Virus record (IMG/VR): IMGVR_UViG_3300048080_000345
Location: 1-35,726 of that record
From: a virus
Lineage: Duplodnaviria > Caudoviricetes
Length of the DNA stretch: 35,726 nucleotides
Direction: 5' to 3' (one strand)
Shown: in pieces, positions 1-6,025 of the stretch
Position numbering within the stretch: the stretch's first letter is position 1
Layout of the letters: every line of letters starts with the position of its first letter
Program-made: the position numbers and the translations under genes
Notes under the pieces: model-generated
Databases searched by the model: none
What the model saw: only the letters and a program-made list of their open reading frames with translations
What the model was told of the DNA's origin: nothing

Positions 1-137
1 AGGGCCTCGGCCAGGTCGCGCTCGACGCCCCGGGTCCACCCGGGGACCGCCAGGGACCCCCGCGGCAGGCCGGACTCGGCGCGAAGCTCCTCCGCGAAGG
101 CCGCGGGCCAGCAAGCCTCGAGCAGGCGGCGCCTCAC
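1..137 (-). CDS. Hypothetical protein, truncated by window edge (MRRRLLEACWPAAFAEELRAESG...)
   Basis: GTG start overlaps the TGA stop of 134..598 (GTGA junction used throughout this operon); frame open to position 1. Confidence 0.5.
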   Translation of the reverse strand, partial: MRRRLLEACWPAAFAEELRAESGLPRGSLAVPGWTRGVERDLAEA

Positions 138-598
138 GGCTTGGGATTCACGGAGGGCGGCAGGAGCACCCCCGTCATGGTCGACGCGTCCCACCCCTCC
201 GCGTAGAGTTCCTCGAACTTCTTGAGCTTCCCCGGGGAGGTCACGTAGCCGGACTCCCGATTGGTCCACCGCGCGCGCAGGCCGTTTCCGAGGAGGCGAG
301 CCGCGCGGGACTTGAAGGACGTCTTCGAGGGGCAGCGCACGAGCCTCTGGCCCTTGGCGTACCTCGCGTCGGAGACCGTGTAATCCACGCCCGCGGCGGG
401 GTAGAAGGTCAGAGGGTTGTACGGCGGGGGCTGGAGCCGAGGGGCTCGAGCCGGATGGGCCTCCAGATCGTTGAGCCTCGGGCAGGGGTGGTACCGGGGA
501 CACTTCCGCCTCGAGAGTTCTCGACCGGAGTCGTCTCGGTAGACCTTGACCGCGTAGCCCCGAACGTAGAGCGGGGCGCGGCAGACCCCGCACCTCAC
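134..598 (-). CDS. Hypothetical phage protein with N-terminal CxxC
   Basis: 154-aa ORF, GTGA overlaps at both ends, protein-like composition. Confidence 0.7.
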   Translation of the reverse strand: MRCGVCRAPLYVRGYAVKVYRDDSGRELSRRKCPRYHPCPRLNDLEAHPARAPRLQPPPYNPLTFYPAAGVDYTVSDARYAKGQRLVRCPSKTSFKSRAARLLGNGLRARWTNRESGYVTSPGKLKKFEELYAEGWDASTMTGVLLPPSVNPKP

Positions 599-1023
599 CG
601 GAGGGCCTTCGCGTGGACGCGGGCGCCCGCGTCGTAGGCCGCCTCGAGCGCCCGGCGCAGGCCCGACACGTGGACGTCGTGGAAGTCGAGGCGGTCGTTC
701 CGCCGCTCCTCGAGCGTGAGCACGCCCGGGAGGTGCTCGCGGACGACGGCCCCGATGGCCGCGGCCTTGAGCTCGTCGGCGTCGTAGCAGGGCGCGTCCA
801 CGACCTCATGGCCGAGCGCCGCGGCCGCCTTCGTGGCCTCCTCTTGAGTCTCGAACGCGACCGTCTTGAGCTTCCGGAGTTTGTCCGGAAGCCGGCGATC
901 GCGCTCGACCTCCTCGGCCGTCGGTTCGGAGCCGTCCGCGCGCTTGTGGGTGAGGACCGAGGGCGCGGGCCCCACGAAACCCCAACGGCCGGTCGGGTAT
1001 CGAATCAGGTTGAGCTCACCCAC
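595..1023 (-). CDS. DUF6900-like domain protein
   Basis: C-terminal TLEERRNDRLDFHDVHVSGLRRALEAAYDAG matches the DUF6900 signature as I recall it; start placed at GTG 1023 after AAGGGAG SD, downstream of the promoter at 1063-1089. Confidence 0.75.
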   Translation of the reverse strand: MGELNLIRYPTGRWGFVGPAPSVLTHKRADGSEPTAEEVERDRRLPDKLRKLKTVAFETQEEATKAAAALGHEVVDAPCYDADELKAAAIGAVVREHLPGVLTLEERRNDRLDFHDVHVSGLRRALEAAYDAGARVHAKALR

Positions 1024-1062
1024 GCGTTCTCCCTTCGGCCCCGACATCAGGGCTCCCCTCAT

Positions 1063-1089
1063 CTATCGGTAGTCCTCGGGAGAACTTGA
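1063..1089 (-). promoter_or_regulatory. sigma28/FliA-type promoter TCAAGTTC-N11-ACCGATAG
   Basis: Matches sigma28 consensus TAAAGTTT-N11-GCCGATAA in boxes and spacing; homologous to the copy at 5732-5758. Confidence 0.7.
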
Positions 1090-1338
1090 GGGCCCCCCGC
1101 GGGGATATTCGGCCCCCACTTTGGAACGCCACCGGCCCCGGGACCCTCTCTCCACGAGGCCCCGCGCCTCGGCCACCGCGATGTAGCGCTGGGCCTGCCG
1201 AACCCCCATCCCGAAGGCCTCGGCCACGTCCCGCGCGGCGAACTCCGCCCGCTTCTCGGAGAGCCAGGCGAGCATGTCGAGAGCCTTCCCCATCATGGCC
1301 GCGAGGCTCTCGCCGTGTCGCCAATGCCGAGGCGCCAC
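1063..1338 (-). CDS. Winged helix-turn-helix DNA-binding protein
   Basis: FAARDVAEAFGMGVRQAQRYIAVAEARGLVER resembles an HTH plus wing. Confidence 0.7.
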   Translation of the reverse strand: MAPRHWRHGESLAAMMGKALDMLAWLSEKRAEFAARDVAEAFGMGVRQAQRYIAVAEARGLVERGSRGRWRSKVGAEYPRGGPSSSPEDYR

Positions 1339-1341
1339 GGT

Positions 1342-2652
1342 TCACCCCAAAAGCCGCGCGCGGCGCTCGCCGCGTCCACCCCCGAGCAGGCGGGAGGCGA
1401 GGACGCGAAAAGCGAACTCGGCCTGGGGCGCCACGACCGCGTTGCCGAGGGACCTCAGTCGATCGGTCCGGAAAGCGAGCGGGTCGGGTCCGACCAGCCC
1501 CGGGGCAGCCCCATCAGGGCCTCCACGAATTCCGGGTTCAAGCGACGGCTCGGGGCCGCCGGCTTCGATCCAATCTCGCCACCCGTCGGAGTCTTCCGGG
1601 CCCGGCGGCCATGGGAGTCTCCGGTCAAAACCATGTCCGTGAGCGAGACCCCCGGGTGCGCCTTCGTGTTCTCCGCGTTGCGCGAGCCCGAGGCCCTCGA
1701 GTCGTTCGCCGTGGGGGTCGGCCACGTGCGGGGCTTGACGTCGGTCCGAATCGCCTGGAGTCCCAGCCTGCCCTTGGTCGGGGTGTCCGCATCCGCGCAG
1801 GCCCCGTCCTTCCAATCGCGCGACATCGGGGTCGACCAGTTGCGGGTCGCCCCGACCAGCGTCGGGTTGCCCTCCCTCCTCGCGTAGAAATCCGAGCCGC
1901 GCCGCGCGTCCGCCCCGACCGGGGTCGGCCACCTCGCCGCCTCGCGCTTGAGGTTCGCCCCCTGGGTCGACGCCTCCTCGCTCCCCGGTCGGTGCCCGTC
2001 GTGCGCCGTCGGGGTCGGCCCGGCCGCCCTCTGCGAGAGGCTCTCCCCTCCCGTCCCCGGGTGAGCCCCGCGGACGTTCGCGTCCCAGGCCCTCGGGGTC
2101 GGCCAGAGGTCCGGACCGCTCGGCCAGCAGAAACCACCTCGCGCGCCGGTGCGGTGCTCCGACGTCGTCCGCGCGAAACAGGTCCCACTCCGTATCGAAC
2201 CCGCCTGAGGCCAGGTCCCCGAGAACGACTTCGAGGCCGGCCTTCCGGATCCCGGGGACGTTCTCCAGGAAGACAAGCTCGGGGTCCACCTCGCGAACGA
2301 TTCGCGCGACCTCGGGCCAGAGCCATCGGCGATCCTTGAGGCCCCTCCGCTTTCCGGCCGCGCTGAACGGCTGGCACGGGAAACCGGCAGCGATGAAATC
2401 CACGCGGCCGCGCCACGGTCGGCCATCGAAGGTCGAGAGGTCGTCCCAAATAGGAGCCGGATCCATGGACGCGTCGCCCATCCTCGCCACGAGAACGGAC
2501 GCGGCGAAGGCTTCCCGTTCGACATGGCACACCACGCGGAGGTCGAACCCGAGGGAACGAAGTCCACCCCGAGCGCCGAGCTCCAGGCCTCCGATCCCGG
2601 CACATAGAGCCAAGCCATTGAGCGTTCTCCCTTCGCGAAGATCGAGGGCCAC
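1342..2652 (-). CDS. C5 DNA cytosine methyltransferase, catalytic (alpha-like) polypeptide lacking motif IX
   Basis: Motif I LCAGIGG, motif IV AGFPCQPFS, motif VI LENV, motif VIII HRRARWF, motif X LRSLGNAVV; no motif IX in this frame. Confidence 0.93.
   Translation of the reverse strand: MALDLREGRTLNGLALCAGIGGLELGARGGLRSLGFDLRVVCHVEREAFAASVLVARMGDASMDPAPIWDDLSTFDGRPWRGRVDFIAAGFPCQPFSAAGKRRGLKDRRWLWPEVARIVREVDPELVFLENVPGIRKAGLEVVLGDLASGGFDTEWDLFRADDVGAPHRRARWFLLAERSGPLADPEGLGRERPRGSPGDGRGEPLAEGGRADPDGARRAPTGERGGVDPGGEPQARGGEVADPGRGGRAARLGFLREEGGQPDAGRGDPQLVDPDVARLEGRGLRGCGHPDQGQAGTPGDSDRRQAPHVADPHGERLEGLGLAQRGEHEGAPGGLAHGHGFDRRLPWPPGPEDSDGWRDWIEAGGPEPSLEPGIRGGPDGAAPGLVGPDPLAFRTDRLRSLGNAVVAPQAEFAFRVLASRLLGGGRGERRARLLG
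1455..2618 (-). CDS. Overlapping +1-frame methyltransferase partner (beta-like): five PTP repeats plus motif IX
   Basis: ATG with GGGAG SD 8 nt upstream; 387 aa open; WPTPRAWD/GPTPTAHD/WPTPVGAD/WSTPMSRD/WPTPTAND repeats; C-terminal RRLNPEFVEALMGLPRGWS resembles C5-MTase motif IX. Confidence 0.75.
   Translation of the reverse strand: MAWLYVPGSEAWSSALGVDFVPSGSTSAWCAMSNGKPSPRPFSWRGWATRPWIRLLFGTTSRPSMADRGAAAWISSLPVSRASRSARPESGGASRIADGSGPRSRESFARWTPSLSSWRTSPGSGRPASKSFSGTWPQAGSIRSGTCFARTTSEHRTGARGGFCWPSGPDLWPTPRAWDANVRGAHPGTGGESLSQRAAGPTPTAHDGHRPGSEEASTQGANLKREAARWPTPVGADARRGSDFYARREGNPTLVGATRNWSTPMSRDWKDGACADADTPTKGRLGLQAIRTDVKPRTWPTPTANDSRASGSRNAENTKAHPGVSLTDMVLTGDSHGRRARKTPTGGEIGSKPAAPSRRLNPEFVEALMGLPRGWSDPTRSLSGPID
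1714..2105 (-). repeat. Five TGGCCGACCCC-type repeats inside the methyltransferase variable region
   Basis: + strand GGGGTCG(G/A)CC(A/C) at 1714, 1828, 1921, 2011, 2095; spacings 114/93/90/84 are all multiples of 3. Confidence 0.85.
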
Positions 2653-2656
2653 GCGC

Positions 2657-2929
2657 CTACCGCAGGAGCCGCGAGCGACGGCGCTCCCGAGCCGAGGGCC
2701 CGGGGGCCGGAAGTAGCAGGGCCACGACTCGGCCGTACCTCACCAGGGAGAACCCCGGCGAGGCGCCGTTTTCAAGAGCCTCGATCAAAGCGGTCAGCCG
2801 GGCGCGCGCCCCCTTGAGGGGGACCGCCTCGGGGGTGATCGCCTTGAGTCGCGCCCGTTCTTGGGCGCGCGCCTCGAGACGCGCCGCCGAGTCGTCGGGG
2901 TACCATTGGGACCCGTCTTTGAGCCTCAC
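2657..2929 (-). CDS. Phd/YefM (prevent-host-death) antitoxin-like DNA-binding protein
   Basis: GTG at 2929 overlaps the upstream TGA; VPLKGARARLTALIEALENG..FSLVRYGRVVALLLP fits the Phd/YefM N-terminal pattern. Confidence 0.6.
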   Translation of the reverse strand: MRLKDGSQWYPDDSAARLEARAQERARLKAITPEAVPLKGARARLTALIEALENGASPGFSLVRYGRVVALLLPAPGPSARERRRSRLLR

Positions 2930-3204
2930 CGGGCGCCCTCCGGAGAGGCCCACGCGCGACGCGCGGAGAGCTTCCGAAGGCGGGCCCGGGCGCGGCGCCG
3001 GCAAGCGGCCGCGCGGCCGCGGCGCAGGGTCCACCCGACGAGCAGCCCCACCAGGTAGACCGGCAGGGCGAAGGGCCACGCGTAGGCGAACAGGACGGAG
3101 AGCAGGGCCCGCTCGGGGGGAGAGTCCCAGCGCATCGCCCGGGCGCAGAACAGGCCGGAGAGCAGGGCCCCGGCGAGGTACAGGAGGGCGGCGGCGGGCG
3201 TCAC
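2926..3204 (-). CDS. Small membrane protein (2 predicted TM segments, basic tail)
   Basis: Two hydrophobic stretches; GTGA overlaps at both ends. Confidence 0.7.
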   Translation of the reverse strand: MTPAAALLYLAGALLSGLFCARAMRWDSPPERALLSVLFAYAWPFALPVYLVGLLVGWTLRRGRAAACRRRARARLRKLSARRAWASPEGAR

Positions 3205-3731
3205 GAGTCGGCCCTACCGTTCGGCTCGCCGTCCCCCTCGGAGTCGGGGTCGAAGGGTCGCCCGTTCAGGTCCCCCTTCCCGACCCGCCGGCCCGCGCGG
3301 GCCTCGCGCAGGGCGGCGCGCGCGGCCTCCTCCACGTGGTCCAGGGCGCTCGCCACCCCGGGGAGGGTGCCCGCTCGGCGCGCGTTCTTGATCGCGTGCT
3401 CGAGCTCGGAGAGGGCGCTGCAAGGCCGCCCGCTCGTGAACTCCGCCGCGTCCTCGAGTAGGCCGGCGACGCGGCGCGCCTCGCAGAAGGCCGAGAAGAC
3501 GCGGTCGCGGACCGCCCGGAGTCGCCGCGCCCGGGTGGTGGCGAAGAAGACCGAGCGGACCCGGCCCAGCTGGTAGGGGTTGGCGTATGGCGCGTCGAGC
3601 CCCTCGCGCAGGAGCACGAGGCGGGCGTCGAGCACCACCACGCGGCGCTCGAGGTCGTGGGCGCGGCGGCGCGCCACGCGGGACGCTTCGGCGTAGGACT
3701 TGCCCTGGAGGTCGATTCGACGGGTCGCCAT
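3201..3731 (-). CDS. Hypothetical helical protein (MATRRIDLQGKSY...)
   Basis: ATG 3731 with GAGGAG SD 8 nt upstream; first gene after the sigma70-type promoter. Confidence 0.75.
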   Translation of the reverse strand: MATRRIDLQGKSYAEASRVARRRAHDLERRVVVLDARLVLLREGLDAPYANPYQLGRVRSVFFATTRARRLRAVRDRVFSAFCEARRVAGLLEDAAEFTSGRPCSALSELEHAIKNARRAGTLPGVASALDHVEEAARAALREARAGRRVGKGDLNGRPFDPDSEGDGEPNGRADS

Positions 3732-3777
3732 GTCGGGGGCTCCTCTCGGAGTGGTGGGAAGGTTCGCTCGAGCGGGC

Positions 3778-3806
3778 AGACTACGCCGCCGCGCGGTTCC
3801 CGTCAA
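3778..3806 (-). promoter_or_regulatory. sigma70-type promoter of the leftward operon, TTGACG-N17-TAGTCT
   Basis: Near-consensus boxes with 17-nt spacer about 45 nt upstream of ATG 3731. Confidence 0.75.
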
Positions 3807-3812
3807 GGGTTT

Positions 3813-4264
3813 CAACCTCACGATCCAACCTCGGGCCCGAACGAGCCAACCTAAACCGACCTAAAACCGACCTCGGTCAACCTCGGCGCGGAGGTTGGCG
3901 GAGAATTTAACCGCGGCCGGAACGCTCGGTTAGCTCATCTTCTTCTATATACCTTCTCTCTAAAGAGGGTATAAACAGAAATAGGTATATACCCTTACAG
4001 GGAAGAACGGGTGCGCGACGGCTTTACCCCCTTCTACACCTCTCCCGCTTATACCGACTTGAGGCCCAGGTTGGCTCGTCCCTACGCCGAAGAGTGTTTT
4101 CCCTTATGCCGCCCGCGGTTTCACCCTTTAGCAACCTGCCCGCGAGGTTGGCTTGAGGTTGGATAGGTCGGTCACGTTTTGAACGGATCGCGGTTTAACC
4201 TAGCTCCGGCCTAATGGTTCGAGGGTGTCGCGCCGAACCTCCTAACGGATCGCGGGTTGAAACC
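3813..4264. other. Putative replication origin: AT-rich core flanked by CAACCT/AGGTTG iteron-like repeats
   Basis: AT-rich 3900-4000 in a very GC-rich genome; 12 copies of C(A/G)ACCT or its complement arranged as a dyad; noncoding point of divergent transcription. Confidence 0.6.
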
Positions 4265-4507
4265 GGCAGGGGAGGCCCGCAAGTCCACCGAACGCCCCTA
4301 ACCCTGCGCGCGGGTTGCCGGTTGGACCCGCGATACGCTCCCCCATACGCCACCACGTCGCGTTTCAGCATCTGGATCCCTCGGTTGAGAGGAAAATACC
4401 TGTAACTGGACTCCAACCGGGACTCGCCTCGCACGCGGGCGCGCGTGTAATTTTCCGTCCCGACTGGATTCCGCTGGGGTTGGAATTCGGGGGACCTCGA
4501 AAGCTCC

Positions 4508-4779
4508 GCCCGTACGCGAGAGTGCATCGTTGCCCCCCGGGCGCGCGGGGAGCCGTGGTTGCCCTCGGGGAGATGCTGGTTTTCCCGAGGGCGCCGACGC
4601 CGGTCGAGCTCCCCGGGGAAGGATGCCCTCTTCCCGGGGGCAGGGTCGACTGCTTGAGCGCCCACGGGGAAGGAGGGATCTTCCCGGGGGCGGGCAAGGA
4701 GCCGTGCCCGCCCTCGGGGATTCCGGTCCTCCCCCGGGGCGGGCCCTGCTCGTCGCTTGCCCGGGGGAGCCCCGAGGGC
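4508..4779. repeat. Array of ~32-bp imperfect inverted repeats with 49-50 bp period
   Basis: GCCCNCGGGGA-N9/10-TTCCCGGGGGC-type units at 4561, 4610, 4660, 4710; degenerate units ending 4542 and starting 4759. Confidence 0.8.
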
Positions 4780-4794
4780 GCTCGACGAGCCGGC

Positions 4795-4896
4795 CCGTTC
4801 CGAAAGTCGCGAGCTCGGGGAGCTCCAACCCCCCGCCGTGACAGGGCGCGGAGCGGCGCTAAAGTCCGTTCCACAACCGACCGAAAGCGGAACGGA
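4795..4896. promoter_or_regulatory. Putative res/recombinase binding site
   Basis: TCCGTTCC(4865-4872)-N16-GGAACGGA(4889-4896) perfect inverted repeat, extra half-sites CCGTTCC (4795) and GGAGCGG (4850), immediately upstream of the recombinase. Confidence 0.55.
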
Positions 4897-4909
4897 AGGA
4901 GGCCCACCC

Positions 4910-5500
4910 ATGGCCCGACCGATCGCCCTGTACGCCCGCGTCTCGACCTCCGAGCAGAACCCCGACGCGCAGCTGATCCGCCTGCGCGCCTACGCCCGGG
5001 ACCGAGGGGCCGTCGCCCTCGAGTTCACCGACAAGGCCTCCGGCGCCACCCGGAAGCGCCCCGCCCTCGAGGCCCTGCTCGAGGCGGCCCGCCGGCGGGA
5101 GGTGTCCGCCGTGGTGGTGGTCAAGCTCGACCGCGTGGCCCGCAGCGTGGCCCACCTGGCGGAGCTCGGGGAGGAGCTCCGGGCCCTCGAGGTCGCCCTG
5201 GTGGTGCTCGACCAGGCGATCGACACGGCCACCCCCTCGGGTCGCCTGCTCTTCAACGTGCTCGGGTCCATCGCGGAGTTTGAGCGGGACCTGATCCGGG
5301 AGCGCACGCGGGACGGCCTCGAGGCCGCGCGCCGCAGGGGCTCGAGGCTGGGGCGTCCCCCCGCGCTGGATCGGCAGGCCCGCGAGCGCGTCGCGCGCCT
5401 GCGCGCCACGGGGGCGAGCGTGCGCAAGATCGCCGCCCTCCTCGAGGTCGGGGTCGCCACGGTGGCCCGCGAGCTCGAGCGCCTCGAGGCCTCGGGCTAG
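4910..5500 (+). CDS. Small serine recombinase (resolvase/invertase family) with C-terminal HTH
   Basis: YARVST catalytic motif, DKASG, RPAL, VVVKLDRVARS, AEFERDLIRERTRDGLEAARRRG, LGRPP, C-terminal HTH; AAGGAGG SD. Confidence 0.96.
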   Translation: MARPIALYARVSTSEQNPDAQLIRLRAYARDRGAVALEFTDKASGATRKRPALEALLEAARRREVSAVVVVKLDRVARSVAHLAELGEELRALEVALVVLDQAIDTATPSGRLLFNVLGSIAEFERDLIRERTRDGLEAARRRGSRLGRPPALDRQARERVARLRATGASVRKIAALLEVGVATVARELERLEASG

Positions 5501-5652
5501 GGGCGAGTACAACGAGCCTGGAAGCGGTTACAGGGGAGGCGGAATTCTACACCCACACGCGACCCCCGGGGGGTACGGGTCGTCCGAGCTCGGCCGCGCG
5601 CCAGGCTCGGGGGGCGCCCCCCGTTTTTGGCTGAAAGGTTCGCTCCGGCTTA

Positions 5653-5683
5653 ATCTTAAACCTTTTTCCTGCCGGTTTAAGAT
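5653..5683. promoter_or_regulatory. Operator-like perfect inverted repeat ATCTTAAACC-N11-GGTTTAAGAT
   Basis: 10-bp AT-rich arms in intergenic DNA ~50 bp upstream of the sigma28-type promoter. Confidence 0.55.
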
Positions 5684-5731
5684 GTAGACCGAGGGGCCCG
5701 CGCGCGCCCGAGGGTCCCGGGGGTCCCGGGC

Positions 5732-5758
5732 TCAAGTTCCAACCGGGCCGGCCGATAA
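5732..5758 (+). promoter_or_regulatory. sigma28/FliA-type promoter TCAAGTTC-N11-GCCGATAA
   Basis: Perfect -10 GCCGATAA, -35 with two mismatches to TAAAGTTT, canonical spacing; upstream of SD and ATG 5799. Confidence 0.8.
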
Positions 5759-5798
5759 GCTGGGGGAGCCCCGAGGACGGGGCCGAAGGGAGAGCGAG

Positions 5799-6004
5799 AT
5801 GACGACCCTGGACCTCAAGACCCTCAAAACCGCGAGCCCGAAGGAGATCGACGCGGTCCTGGCCGAGATGTGGGGCCGCGAGCAGGCCGCGGCCTTCGCG
5901 GCCTACCGGGCGGAGGAGGGCGCGAAGGCCCTCGAGGCGAGGCCGCCAAGGACGCGGCGGACGCGGCCCGGCGGGCCTCAAATTCCGCCGGCGCCGGCCG
6001 ATAG
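5799..6004 (+). pseudogene. Small helical protein, probably frameshifted by a 5-bp duplication (current frame runs to 6038)
   Basis: Strong SD; CGAGG tandem duplicate at 5933-5942; removing one copy gives ...ALEAAKDAADAARRASNSAGAGR* ending TAG 6004. Confidence 0.55.
5978..6004 (+). promoter_or_regulatory. sigma28/FliA-type promoter TCAAATTC-N11-GCCGATAG
   Basis: Same boxes and spacing as the other two copies; followed by AAAGGGAG SD and ATG 6026. Confidence 0.7.
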
Positions 6005-6025
6005 GTACGGGAAAGGGAGAACACG

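Noticed and set aside
1030-1055. Hammerhead-like CTGATG...GGCCGAA on the minus strand
   Set aside because: Lacks the CUGANGA and GAAA core, and the second cassette copy does not keep CTGA
1625-2605. Third open frame over the methyltransferase, and the antisense ORF 1086-2339
   Set aside because: Arg/Gly/Pro-rich with no motifs or SD; expected shadow ORFs at this GC content
4508-4779. CRISPR array interpretation of the 50-bp periodic repeats
   Set aside because: Unit centres vary, linkers are only 17-18 bp and partly similar to each other (GGAGCCGTG occurs twice), and no cas genes are present; kept as an unexplained array
4195-4911. ORFs across the control region (4195-4911, 4298-4828, 4365-4907, 5' extension of the recombinase)
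   Set aside because: Pro/Gly/Arg-rich, no SD, overlapping repeats whose period is mostly not a multiple of 3; the recombinase has a clear SD/ATG at 4910
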